Source of the DNA: Promethearchaeota archaeon
GTDB lineage: Archaea; Asgardarchaeota; Lokiarchaeia; Sigyniarchaeales; SOKP01
Direction: 5' to 3'
DNA: 64,000 nucleotides
Assembly (NCBI GenBank): GCA_019058365.1
Contig: JAHPZE010000001.1
Coordinates: forward strand, 409,738 to 473,737
Every line of letters begins with the position of its first letter. Within the stretch, counting starts at the first letter, position 1. The position numbers and the translations under genes are program-made. Below the pieces are notes generated by a model, which saw only the letters and a program-made list of their open reading frames with translations, was not told where the DNA came from and searched no databases. Below, piece by piece: positions 29,618 through 40,489 of the stretch.

Positions 29618-30355
29618 CTATCTTGGTATTAAATCTGGTTTCATTAAAACAATAAGTGAAAGAGGGATTATCCAGATTAATATTGAGAAGAGTAACATCC
29701 ATTCTAATAATGGAGTGCCATATATTAGATTCAGAATTGTAACAATTAATGGACCGAATATTCCATAGATTCCTAGACTTTTTGGTATCTTAGTATCATA
29801 TAACACGATTAACCAGCCCATAAAAAATGCGGCAAAAGTAAAACCCCCAAAAGCGAGATATGACATAATACCGTGTGGACCTTGTCCTAAAACCTTTAAT
29901 ACGTCATAATCCCGGTCAGCACTAAAGATCCCCACTCCAATATAGCCAAAATTGCCAATAATACTAAATAAAAAGGCAAAACTACTTAATCGAAAACGTA
30001 ATCGAGAGTAGTGTCGTTCTCCCAATTCATTTCTCTTAGGTAATGGAGCAAGTAATTTTTCCATATAGTAAGTAAGTGGAATGGTCATAGATCCTGCTAT
30101 AATACATGCGATATCATATAAAAATGGAGTGGGAGTGTGATCACTTGACCCTAGATCAGAAATCCAGTTATTCCAAATCGTATATCCGTTTGGATCGAGA
30201 ATTTCTGCAATGATAACGCCTATTATTAGCAATAAAATATATCCCACCATAACTATCATAGCACTGAACTTCACAACTTTAAAATTTGTAGCAAAATTGT
30301 ATAATTTTGCTCGTATTTTATTTATTGATTCGCGTACAGTCATAATAGTATTCAT
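29618..30355 (-). CDS. DUF998-like membrane protein
   Basis: WISDLG, GVGIFS, LEW motifs; multiple TM. Confidence 0.8.
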   Translation of the reverse strand: MNTIMTVRESINKIRAKLYNFATNFKVVKFSAMIVMVGYILLLIIGVIIAEILDPNGYTIWNNWISDLGSSDHTPTPFLYDIACIIAGSMTIPLTYYMEKLLAPLPKRNELGERHYSRLRFRLSSFAFLFSIIGNFGYIGVGIFSADRDYDVLKVLGQGPHGIMSYLAFGGFTFAAFFMGWLIVLYDTKIPKSLGIYGIFGPLIVTILNLIYGTPLLEWMLLFSILIWIIPLSLIVLMKPDLIPR

Positions 30356-30458
30356 TTTCTATTTTTATTAAATATACTTGACTCAAGTGAATATAAATGT
30401 AATTATATTTTAGAAATTTTTAATTTTTAGTGGAAAAGAAGATATAAAAAAGCAATTT

Positions 30459-31178
30459 TTATTTTGGTTTTAATTCTGAGTTTCGTAGTATCATAAATAC
30501 AAGTGGTATTATCCATAGAAGAATCGAGAATAATAAAATCCATTCCTATAATGCTTCCATCGTATATAGGAAAGTGAATAGCATACTTGATGGCCCTATT
30601 ATCCCATAAATTCCAAATAATTTTGAGATTTTAGTATCATAAAGTACAATTATCCATCCAATAAAGAATGCTCCTAATGCAAATCCAGTGAAGGAGAAAA
30701 AGGAGAATATATCATGATAACTAGCAAAATCTAATAAAGGGTAATTCCGATCTTCGCTAAAAATCCCTACAAAAATATAACCTATGTTTCCCATCAAGCT
30801 AAAGAAAAATGCATTACTCCCTAGTCTAAACCTTAGGCGTGAAAAATGTTGTTCTTGTAAATTCTTCCTTTTTGGTAACGGAGCAAATAAATTTTCAATG
30901 TAGAATGTTAATGGGATAGTCATAATTCCAGCGAATATACAAGCAATATCAAAGATGATTGGTGCAGGAGTATACCTACTTCCTCCTAAATCTGAAATCA
31001 TGCGAGTCCAGATAGTGTATCCGTAAGTGCCCAAACTCGCTGCTATAATAACAGCAATTAGTAGTAGTGAAAGATATACAGTTATTACGATAATCGAATT
31101 TTTCCTAATAAAATTATAATTAGTTACACTATTGTAAAATTTAGCTCTAACCTTGTTAATTGATTGACGTATTGTCAT
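30459..31178 (-). pseudogene. DUF998-like paralog with one in-frame TAG at 30546-30548
   Basis: After MEAL* the frame continues EWILLFSILLWIIPLVFMILRNSELKPK*, matching the paralog's EWMLLFSILIWIIPLSLIVLMKPDLIPR. Confidence 0.85.
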
Positions 31179-31498
31179 AGTAAATTACATTATTCATTTT
31201 TATTAAAACTGTTTGGATTGCTACAATTTGAATTTAATTATTTATAAAAAATCTTGATTTTAATAGAAAGTTAAGAGTAAATATACTGAATATGATAAAG
31301 GTACACTGAGAAATTATTATGATCGTCTATTTTTACTTGTCTGGGTGACAATTATCTGGATTTATGTTTACTTTGGATAATATTATTAAATACAATTATG
31401 TTTGATTTGGGTAATGTTTTAATAGTTGATGATCCTTTTTGATAATTAATTAAAAAATAAAGTATCATTTTGATCAAGTTAGTATAAGAGCATTATTA

Positions 31499-33097
31499 AT
31501 GTTAAAAACAAAAATTCACCCTCGTGAAATATATCAGCGAAGCGAGGAGTTTGGATTAAAAAATTCAGCAGATATGCTGACTGAAATCATAGAAACAGAA
31601 AAGGATGATAGTAAGCGAAAGGAAGCAATTAAATATTTAGGATTACTAAGTAGTAATTCAACATCGTTGAAGAATGAATGTTTTGGAACATTTGAAAATT
31701 TGTTAATTTCAGATGATACTATTGAAATTAAATGTGAAGCCGCAAAAGCATTAGGTAAGCTAAAACACGAAAAAGCTTTAAAACCATTAAATTGGGTATT
31801 GACACAAGAGCCCGTTGATTATAATATTAAAATTTCCGTATTAAAAGCCATACACAAAACACAATTTGAGGAACCTGAAATACGGCTTTTTATAAATGAA
31901 TTAGATAGCAAATTTAATTCGATTAAAGAATATGTTTCAATTCAATTATTAAGTCTACCACCAGAAAAATTAATAGCTATATTATTAGATTCATTAAAAA
32001 ATAAAGGATTCTCAAATGAACATAAAGCTGAGTTTTTAAAATTAATTGGATATGAATTGTCAAGTATAAATATCTCTTTCGAGGATATTAGTTATATTAA
32101 AGTAAAATATCCTGAGCTTTTAACAAATCTACTTAAATCCAAAGATATTTTGTTGGAAGTTATCACCCAAATTTTAAAGGAAGAAGATTTAAGCCTAGTT
32201 GATTCTGTTATCACTATTTTGAGAATACTAGGAAAGAATGTAGAAAAGGACATTATAAAACTACTATTAATAGATGATTTTATTGTAAAGAAAAATGCTG
32301 TTGTGTTATGTGGGAAATTGAAACTGAAGGATTCTGTAGACTTTTTAATTTCTAACTTAGATAATATCTATCATGAAGTGAGTATTGCAGCAATTGAAGC
32401 TTTAGGAGAAATTGGAGATGTCTCGGCAATTCCAGAGCTTTTAGATGTGTTAGATATTGAGGATGTAAGTTTTGAATATACGGATTTAGATATGAAGCTT
32501 TATATTTTAGACGCAATTAAGAGTATATACCTTAATAATAAGGATACTTCATATGATTATTTATATCAATCTCTGAGTAAAGAAAATGATACTATCAGAG
32601 AAAGTGTTGCATTTATTTTGGGCGAAATTGGTAAAGAAGAATTCGTTAAACCATTATGTAATCTATTAGCAGTTAGAAACTTAGATGTGAGAAAGAATAC
32701 AATTATCGCCTTAGGAAAAATTGGAAGCGTAGCACCTATAGCAGATTTACTTAATATAATTGAAGATGAAAAAGCTTATTGGTTAATAAAAAAAGTTGCG
32801 ATTGATGCTATTTATAATATATTTCAAACCAACTGGTATAAAGTAAAAGACGATAAGCAAGATATAACAAGAGTATTGAATAAAAATATAGCAATTCTAA
32901 CAGATTACTTAAGAACAAAGGAAGATGAAAATCATAAAGTGAAACTTAGTATAATTAAATTATTAGAAATTTATGGTGGAGAGCAAGCATTAAACGCTTT
33001 ACTCAAGAGAGTCAATGATTTTCATAGAGTTGTGCGAATTTATGCTTCAAATGCGATAAAGAGAATTGAAGAAAGACTTGAATTAGAAAATACTTAG
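31499..33097 (+). CDS. HEAT-repeat protein
   Basis: Repeated AAKALGKL / AIEALGEIG / AFILGEIG / IIALGKIG. Confidence 0.88.
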   Translation: MLKTKIHPREIYQRSEEFGLKNSADMLTEIIETEKDDSKRKEAIKYLGLLSSNSTSLKNECFGTFENLLISDDTIEIKCEAAKALGKLKHEKALKPLNWVLTQEPVDYNIKISVLKAIHKTQFEEPEIRLFINELDSKFNSIKEYVSIQLLSLPPEKLIAILLDSLKNKGFSNEHKAEFLKLIGYELSSINISFEDISYIKVKYPELLTNLLKSKDILLEVITQILKEEDLSLVDSVITILRILGKNVEKDIIKLLLIDDFIVKKNAVVLCGKLKLKDSVDFLISNLDNIYHEVSIAAIEALGEIGDVSAIPELLDVLDIEDVSFEYTDLDMKLYILDAIKSIYLNNKDTSYDYLYQSLSKENDTIRESVAFILGEIGKEEFVKPLCNLLAVRNLDVRKNTIIALGKIGSVAPIADLLNIIEDEKAYWLIKKVAIDAIYNIFQTNWYKVKDDKQDITRVLNKNIAILTDYLRTKEDENHKVKLSIIKLLEIYGGEQALNALLKRVNDFHRVVRIYASNAIKRIEERLELENT

Positions 33098-33244
33098 TAT
33101 GATTATTGCGTAATGTTAATTTCATCTCTTATATTTAGCTAAGGAGGTATTTTCTGCTAAATTTGGTATGTGTATTTATCTTTACAAGTTAATTTTAACT
33201 TTTTATATAAATCTTAAAATAGTAAACTATCTATAAATAATCAT

Positions 33245-33886
33245 ATGGAAAATATATCAGATATTGAATTAAGAGCCTTTGAAAATTCAAGTATTGGGAA
33301 AAAAGAGATCTTTTTTGCGAATGAATTAAAAAGAATGGCAAAAGAAGAATTAAAGAAAGCAGAAAAAAGAGAAGCATTAATGCAAAGTCAATTATCGGTT
33401 GCTAAAATCAGAGAAGATTTAGCGGAGCAAAATAAAAAACTAGTTGAACATAAATTAAAATCAAAACATTTAATACAAGCATCAGACGTAGTTTTAAAGC
33501 ATGATCAAGAATTTACAGTATATCATGAAAAAATGGCAAAAATTCAGAGAGAGATCGCCAAGATACATAAAGAAGTTGCACAACAAGAGAGAAAAGTAGC
33601 TGAAAGACGAATAGATCTAGCCAAAGAGAAAATAGATTTGGGTAAAAAAAGAATAAGTATTTCTAAAAAGCAAAAAGCTTTTGTTAAAGCTATTAAAGCA
33701 ATAAAAAAAGACGAGAAAATCAAAGATATTAAATCTCAATATGAAAATGAGCAGAAAGAACTTAATGATGCGAGAAATGATATATTAGAAATTGAAAAAG
33801 ATATCAGGAAGAACACAAATAAAATAGCAGATTTAAAAGGAACGTTAGCACTTAAACTAACCGAGAGTGAAAAAATACGATATTAA
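33245..33886 (+). CDS. Coiled-coil protein
   Basis: K/E/A/I-rich heptads throughout. Confidence 0.8.
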   Translation: MENISDIELRAFENSSIGKKEIFFANELKRMAKEELKKAEKREALMQSQLSVAKIREDLAEQNKKLVEHKLKSKHLIQASDVVLKHDQEFTVYHEKMAKIQREIAKIHKEVAQQERKVAERRIDLAKEKIDLGKKRISISKKQKAFVKAIKAIKKDEKIKDIKSQYENEQKELNDARNDILEIEKDIRKNTNKIADLKGTLALKLTESEKIRY

Positions 33887-33944
33887 TTAAACTTCATGAA
33901 TGAATTTTTTTGCATTTTTTCAATTAATTTCACAAAAACATAAA

Positions 33945-34178
33945 TTAAAAATGATGAATTAAGTCTTGACGATAAATATTAAGACGGGGTATGAAGTTTA
34001 AGTGCCAATATTCATAAATGCCTTTAATTGCTCTCGGTTGATCAGGAAATTTGTAGAATTTATCATAATCATGTAGGTTTGCGCCAAAATCGAGAAATAA
34101 ACCTTTCCCATTTTCCTCAACATAGATCTTATTGCCCCCTATGGTATCATTTCCATCATATACGGTAATTGAAGTCAT
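33945..34178 (-). pseudogene. 5' fragment of an MBL-fold (RNase J-like) hydrolase
   Basis: ITVYDGNDTIGGNKIYVE...LFLDFG; ends before the HxHxDH motif. Confidence 0.75.
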
Positions 34179-34264
34179 TGGAATTACTTTAGTCTTATTA
34201 AGTTATTACTTGGTTGTTTTCTTAATAATTCTATGAGTATTTCATATTTCAAATTTTTGTTCTC

Positions 34265-34942
34265 TTATTTTAAACTTGTTGGAAAACTTTTAAAATTAAA
34301 TCCACAATTAACGCAAAATTGCTGATTGATATCTACGACCTTCTCACCACAATCGGGGCAAAATTTAAAGGAATGTGGAACCTGACTGTAATCATAAGGA
34401 GCAAGAGATTCTGACTCCTTAAGGGTGATGACTTCCTTTGGTCGTTTTGGGCTCATCTTTGCGGCAGCATATCCAATTAATGACAATATGGCACCAAGAA
34501 ATGGACCTATAACTCCAAATCCAGGATTAATATACTCCCAGAAACTCATTCCCACATCTATCTGTGTAGAAATTTCAATTCCTATAATCCATACAAGGGC
34601 TCCAACTATCAGTAATATTGAGGGGGTAATCCATTTCTTACCTGTAATACCTGTTTTTCTGCTTGAATTTGCACTGGAAACAAGTCCTAACGCTCCAGAG
34701 AATACTAATAACGTAGCACTGATAGAAATTATCAGTTCAACAGGACTTTGGGTAAACCGAGTAGTTGTTATATAGCCAAGTTGTAAGTAATCAAACTGAC
34801 GAATGGAAAATAATCCCCACATCCAAACTTGAACGCTATTATAGAGAATAGAAACCGAAGCTGCAGGTGTTAATAATCCTATTAATGCTACTATCCCTCC
34901 GATAAGAGGAAGTATCCATATATGTTCTGTATTATCGCCCAT
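34265..34942 (-). CDS. Membrane protein with C-terminal zinc ribbon
   Basis: About 4 TM; FCPDCG...FCVNCG. Confidence 0.85.
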   Translation of the reverse strand: MGDNTEHIWILPLIGGIVALIGLLTPAASVSILYNSVQVWMWGLFSIRQFDYLQLGYITTTRFTQSPVELIISISATLLVFSGALGLVSSANSSRKTGITGKKWITPSILLIVGALVWIIGIEISTQIDVGMSFWEYINPGFGVIGPFLGAILSLIGYAAAKMSPKRPKEVITLKESESLAPYDYSQVPHSFKFCPDCGEKVVDINQQFCVNCGFNFKSFPTSLK

Positions 34943-35159
34943 CTTTTATCATCATATATAATTAATACATATAATTTTCGTCTTACCATTATGCAAGACA
35001 CTTTCAGTTATAAATGAATATATTTTATGAATCGTCACCAATTCCTTTAATACGACATAATTTTTACCTCATATCTATATCATAAATCTCTCACTCCCTT
35101 GACAATTAAAGCATAAAGATTTCATTAATTTCATAAATTATTATTTTAATACCAGGGCA

Positions 35160-36185
35160 ATGGAAGACAAAGAGGTATTAATTGCTCTTAATGTAGAGTT
35201 AAATCAAGTTTTTAATCTTCGCTATAGACGACCGAAAAATCCTAATAACTACACATGGATCTGTAAACATTGTAAAAAGCAAGTTTATTATAATGAATAT
35301 GAAAAGTGTTTCAAGCATAGGGGGTTGAAACCGGATGATTTTGAACCTGAGACAACTGAGCATAAGACGATGAAAGAATGGTGGTATAACAATTTTCCGT
35401 TAACCAATTCAATTACTATGAGAAAAAAGGAGTATTGGCTTGGCGATCAGGTTGCAGATGTGTACTTTGAGCTACGAGAGACTAATCAAAAAATCGCAAT
35501 AGAGTGTCAAAATTCTCCACTTACCAAAAAAAAGCTAATAGAACGAACCAAAAAATATGCTGAGAAGGATATATATTTATTATGGATATTTAACGGTTCG
35601 GGGAGTATTGTATCAGAAGAAAAACAGCCACGAAATATGGATAAAGTTCGAGCGCATGGAGTAGAAAAGAGAGTTCATAATTTATACGGGGGACGTATTT
35701 ATTATATGAATGTGGTGGGAGAGGTGGTTGTAGAAGAACCATATGCAATTCACTTTTCTCCGTATTTTAAGCATAAGGAACTAGAAACCAGTATTTACGG
35801 TCATGACAAATACTACAAGGAGTTTCAGAGTGTTACGATTGGCAATATTCCTTCCTATAAAATTGTATGCAATGAATATAAAGGGTATAAACTTGCTCGA
35901 TTTATGGATAAGAATGTAAGTGTTTCTTGTACTGAGCAATTGCTTACTTGCATTAGGGAGATATGTTTTAAACGAATGGATGAAGGAAGTATCGATGAGA
36001 ATTGTGAGCTTAAAATTCCGGTGGATACAGTAATTGATTTGGTAAAGGAAGAATTCGGGTATTTCTTACCATACTTAATTCTTAAAAAGTCAAAAAGGAT
36101 TAAAAAGGTTAAATCTGGAAAGACTATCTATGAAAAGTATAACGTTCAAGAGATTCTCACATTTAAAACCACAGATTATTTATAA
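35160..36185 (+). CDS. CoiA-like PD-(D/E)XK nuclease
   Basis: CKHC...FKH, ETTEHKTMK, VADV, IAIECQNS, LWIF. Confidence 0.8.
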   Translation: MEDKEVLIALNVELNQVFNLRYRRPKNPNNYTWICKHCKKQVYYNEYEKCFKHRGLKPDDFEPETTEHKTMKEWWYNNFPLTNSITMRKKEYWLGDQVADVYFELRETNQKIAIECQNSPLTKKKLIERTKKYAEKDIYLLWIFNGSGSIVSEEKQPRNMDKVRAHGVEKRVHNLYGGRIYYMNVVGEVVVEEPYAIHFSPYFKHKELETSIYGHDKYYKEFQSVTIGNIPSYKIVCNEYKGYKLARFMDKNVSVSCTEQLLTCIREICFKRMDEGSIDENCELKIPVDTVIDLVKEEFGYFLPYLILKKSKRIKKVKSGKTIYEKYNVQEILTFKTTDYL

Positions 36186-36217
36186 CCTTCCTTTCTGTAT
36201 TTAAATAAAAATTTAGT

Positions 36218-37075
36218 TTATAATTTAATAATTTTGCTTTCAAATTCTTCATAAAAAATGGTAAAGATCTTTCTTACATTTCGAGAATCTGAAGGCTGCT
36301 CTTCTTTAGTCCCTATTCGTGTAAAACCTACCTGACTTCCTATATATTTATAGAAGATAGTAGCTTTAGGAAATTCATTTTGAATCTCTCTCTTATAATC
36401 TGGAATTTTTCCTTCTCGCTTATATTGTGTCTCTACTTGATTGAATAAAAAATACAACTTATTTGAAAATTCTTCTTCACTTAATTCAAATTTTTCAGCA
36501 GTTTCTTGCAATTTTCTTATCATCCCGATTGTTCTTCCTAAATCATTATATGTTAATCTTAATGGAACTATACATATATCTGATGCAAAAAGGCTTGTTA
36601 AAGCATAAGTTAGCCCATAACAAGGGATATTATCGAGAATAATATAATCATACTTCAAATCTGATGGCATAAGTTTTAAAGCATCTCTTAATTTTTTCTC
36701 ACTATGCCCAGCGGACGTTGTATGCCAAATCTTTCCCATAACATCTTCTAGCCGAATACTTGATGCAATGAAATCAATTGCGACTCCTTGAAAATAAGCA
36801 TTGGAAATATAATATTTAAATTCTAAATCTCTTAATTTTCCCCCTTCAATTACCTTTTCTAATAAATCTGCTGAAGTCTTAGCCTTATCTTCAATTTCTT
36901 TTTTATAGTCTCTAAAATCTTTCAAGTTTAAAGTAAGACCTAAACTTGGATCTAAATCGATTAAAAGTGGAGTATTATTTCTTTCTCTTAGAAACCAACT
37001 TAAGCATAAGGCTATAGTGGTCTTTCCAACACCACCAGGAGCGGAAATAAATGAAATTGTTTTCCTTTCACTCAT
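36218..37075 (-). CDS. ParA/MinD-family ATPase lacking the signature lysine
   Basis: SAPGGVGKTT, IDLDP, YDYIILDNIP, FNQV. Confidence 0.85.
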   Translation of the reverse strand: MSERKTISFISAPGGVGKTTIALCLSWFLRERNNTPLLIDLDPSLGLTLNLKDFRDYKKEIEDKAKTSADLLEKVIEGGKLRDLEFKYYISNAYFQGVAIDFIASSIRLEDVMGKIWHTTSAGHSEKKLRDALKLMPSDLKYDYIILDNIPCYGLTYALTSLFASDICIVPLRLTYNDLGRTIGMIRKLQETAEKFELSEEEFSNKLYFLFNQVETQYKREGKIPDYKREIQNEFPKATIFYKYIGSQVGFTRIGTKEEQPSDSRNVRKIFTIFYEEFESKIIKL

Positions 37076-37481
37076 TATGATTCACAACTCTCATAATTCT
37101 TTCTTTATTGTCGATAAGAATACCTAAAAAATCTAAATTCGTAGCTAAATCTGTGAAACCTTTGATAAATTTATCATCAATATATCTATTAACATGAAGA
37201 AGTATATTATTTTTGATTTCATAAAGAAATTTTTGAATTATAATTTGTCCTATTCCTGAATAATATCTTTCATTAAACTTTACTTCTAAGGCAAAATCTC
37301 TTCCTAAAACATCAATTTCAACATTTGGATAAATATTCGAAGATAAGGTCTGTCTAACTTTACAATTTAATTGAGATCCTAATATATTCTGAATATCCCT
37401 CTCACGTTGACACTCACATAGTAAATTAAGAGATGAATTTATAATACCTATAATTTTTTTCAGAATTTCTGGATTCTCCAT
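37068..37481 (-). CDS. Small PD-(D/E)XK nuclease-like protein
   Basis: ERDIQ...EIDVLGRDFALEVKF...GIGQ; 8-bp overlap with parA-like gene. Confidence 0.7.
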   Translation of the reverse strand: MENPEILKKIIGIINSSLNLLCECQRERDIQNILGSQLNCKVRQTLSSNIYPNVEIDVLGRDFALEVKFNERYYSGIGQIIIQKFLYEIKNNILLHVNRYIDDKFIKGFTDLATNLDFLGILIDNKERIMRVVNHNE

Positions 37482-37711
37482 ATATTACTAAGTTATAAAA
37501 TAATTGAATTCTATTAAGAATTTCACAATAAATATTTTATTATGAAATAGTAAGTTAAAGAAATCGAATAATCTTAAAAATATATAATTTAAAAAAAAAG
37601 GTAAACTGTTATCTGAAAATTTTCTTTCTAATTTAAAGGAAAATCAGAAGGCACTATTACTTTTTATACAAAAATGTTATTTTATTATTATTTATTTCAT
37701 ATATTAATATC

Positions 37712-38998
37712 ATGGTAGAATTGAATCCAATTTTTAATGATTTTAAAAATTTGTTTATCTCTCCTATTTTTGATATTGACCCTTATTCAGATTTAAAAGA
37801 TACTTTAAGAGAGAATATATTAGAAGATATCTTGAATAATAAATTGAATGAAGCAATAGAAGTCTTAAAAAATAGTATTCCTAATTTATTAGATTTAAAG
37901 TTTAAAAAAGAACTCAATGAATATCTGTATTCTATATGTCCTAAAGATAATCATTTTCCAATAACTGCATTTACACGGAACTTACATCATATTTCTCAAT
38001 GGATTATTAGAAATAAAGGATGTTTAACATCAGAATTTATCAATTCTCTAAACGATTTATCACTTGAATATTATGCTAATCACTATGATTTGTATACTCT
38101 TAAAATCTATCAAAAGAAAGGCTCTTTAAAAGAATTAATAGAAAATACTACCTATATCTTAGAAAAATACACTGGTAAGATAGGTGGAGGAATAGGCGCT
38201 GTATATGGAGGATTAGGTGTCGAATATCATGATATTCATACTCTTAGACCCTCAATTAAAAACGAGGTTACAATTGTGATGTATTTTAATTTAAATGATC
38301 CTGAATATCATCCTCATAATAATATTTATATTTATTTTTGGAGTATTGGAAAAGATCGAAAATTATGGGATGATGTATCTGAAGCCTCAATTAATAAGAT
38401 ATCACAGTTTTTAGAAGAATTTTTAGATCAACCTAATTTGCAAATTATCAATCTTAACCAATCTATTTATGTAGTAAAGTCCGCTCTCCCTGAGAAAATA
38501 GTAGAGATTATTGAGTCTTCTCAATCAACTGATATTTCTCTTAAATTTGATCGTATTATTGATATAAATTATCAATTTGAAGAAGACGCTTATAATGAAA
38601 TAAGAAGTGAAATCAATGGTACATATCGGAAAAAATATTTTACTTCGATGTATATTTTAATTAGAAAATTGTTAGAAAATCTCATGATTGATTGCTTAAG
38701 AAATTATTATAAAGGAAGAGATATAGAAAAGTATTTTGATGAAAATAATAAGCGTTTTTTAATATTTGAGAAATTAAAGAAGAATTTTAATTCATTGAAA
38801 AAAGAAGCCGATTTTATACAAAAGGTAGGAAAATTAGAACAATATTATATTGATATATTAGACAAATTTAAGGAGATTGGAAATATTCAAGGACACTCAC
38901 TATTCAGCATTCCTCATCATAACATCGTTGAGGATAATAGAGATATTTTGAATATTTTGATTAAACGATTACATGAGATAAAAAAGAGTCTATTGTAA
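37712..38998 (+). CDS. Hypothetical protein with C-terminal HEPN/DUF4145-like domain
   Basis: ILIRKLLENL and KEIGNIQGH. Confidence 0.6.
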   Translation: MVELNPIFNDFKNLFISPIFDIDPYSDLKDTLRENILEDILNNKLNEAIEVLKNSIPNLLDLKFKKELNEYLYSICPKDNHFPITAFTRNLHHISQWIIRNKGCLTSEFINSLNDLSLEYYANHYDLYTLKIYQKKGSLKELIENTTYILEKYTGKIGGGIGAVYGGLGVEYHDIHTLRPSIKNEVTIVMYFNLNDPEYHPHNNIYIYFWSIGKDRKLWDDVSEASINKISQFLEEFLDQPNLQIINLNQSIYVVKSALPEKIVEIIESSQSTDISLKFDRIIDINYQFEEDAYNEIRSEINGTYRKKYFTSMYILIRKLLENLMIDCLRNYYKGRDIEKYFDENNKRFLIFEKLKKNFNSLKKEADFIQKVGKLEQYYIDILDKFKEIGNIQGHSLFSIPHHNIVEDNRDILNILIKRLHEIKKSLL

Positions 38999-40258
38999 AG
39001 TAAAATTCTGAGACTTCCTTTTTCTTATTATTAAGGCTGCAAATATGAATATCAGACTAATAATAACATAATAAGTATATCCTGATATTGTTGGCTGCTT
39101 ATAGATTTCGAAATAATCACTCCAATCGTATTGACTTGAATCATCAGCATTAATAATTTTAATTCTCCAATCCGTTCCAGCCTCAATATCTCCATCAATT
39201 GTCCATAACTTAGAACCAAAATTATAAACATCATGTATATAATATTTTAATGTAGTTCCTTTATATATTTCAATATCTACATATTCTATATTGCCTGTTG
39301 TGACCCAATTAATGTAATGCATAGTTCCCGCTTCCCATGAAGAAGAACTACCAGGACTGGTTACGGTAATCGTCCCCGATTTGATATTAATTGAAAAATA
39401 ATCACTATACCCATAAACACTTGAATCATCATAATCTGTTATTTTAATCCTGTAATTTGTACCATAATAATCTTCCATCGAAGACACATAGAAATCATAC
39501 TCACCATCATTGTCGGTATATCCCCATAAATAAGTAATTTCTTCTATAAAAGTGGCATCTTTATATAATTCAATTTTTACCTTTTCAATTGTCCCTATTG
39601 TAGACCATTGAATAGGATATGTATACAATTCCTGCCAATTTGAAGTGGAAGTAGGATTTGTAACAGTAATTATGACATCTTCAGGATAAGTCCAAATGAG
39701 TTGCGGTGCATCTTCTTCAGAGTAAAATCCTTCTCTCGACGTGATATAGAAATAATCATCTACGTAATTTTCAATTTTTATATAAACACAGATAGAAAGA
39801 TTATTTCTCCCTGCAATATAATCAGTAACATCAAATGTATATATATCAGATTGTGTTATGAGTAGAGAAGTAATCTCACTTTCTTTTGCAGGTTTGTTCA
39901 TCCAAGTCATTGAATATTCATCCCAATTTTCTTCTATTAAACAAATTGATACATTCATCGTCATAGAAACACTCCAGAGATCTATTGAGATTTCTGCTTT
40001 GCTGAAATCAATAGGTTTATCAGAAAAATTAAAGTAAAAATATGATTCCAAAATATCTCCTGTAAAATAAAACCCACTTAATGCGTAATCTTGACCCCCA
40101 AAATTGGATGCGGGATTATAAGAATTTACATAAGTATCTTTTTCTGCTACAGCTGAGATTGTTGTATCTCGAATTATCGCACTTGTTGAAGGAGCATTTA
40201 ATATGAATACCGATATAAATTGAATTGCTATAAAAATCAAAATTGTCCTTTTTTTCAT
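38990..40258 (-). CDS. Cell-surface protein: signal peptide, DNRLRE-like domain, two Ser/Thr-rich Ig-like repeats, C-terminal sorting anchor
   Basis: EKDTYV...NFGG, WDEYSMTWMNKP, SRE...PQL; ITVTxP...W...YRIKI...SDYF twice; ISGY-TM-RKRK tail. Confidence 0.82.
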   Translation of the reverse strand: MKKRTILIFIAIQFISVFILNAPSTSAIIRDTTISAVAEKDTYVNSYNPASNFGGQDYALSGFYFTGDILESYFYFNFSDKPIDFSKAEISIDLWSVSMTMNVSICLIEENWDEYSMTWMNKPAKESEITSLLITQSDIYTFDVTDYIAGRNNLSICVYIKIENYVDDYFYITSREGFYSEEDAPQLIWTYPEDVIITVTNPTSTSNWQELYTYPIQWSTIGTIEKVKIELYKDATFIEEITYLWGYTDNDGEYDFYVSSMEDYYGTNYRIKITDYDDSSVYGYSDYFSINIKSGTITVTSPGSSSSWEAGTMHYINWVTTGNIEYVDIEIYKGTTLKYYIHDVYNFGSKLWTIDGDIEAGTDWRIKIINADDSSQYDWSDYFEIYKQPTISGYTYYVIISLIFIFAALIIRKRKSQNFTLQ

Positions 40259-40489
40259 ATATTTTTGCCCTCTTATTAATATCTTTATATAAAATTATCT
40301 AACAAAGATATTTAATTCTTTTGCAGAATTAAATTTATGAGATAGACTCATTATTCACATTTATTCTAAAATCTTATCTGTGAGTAGATTAAAAAATAGC
40401 TTTACATTGCTAGTAGTGTTTTTAAAAGGTATTTAACACCTATTTTGAAGGATGAGATCTTGCGAAAGATTTTAGGGTTAGTTTAATTT

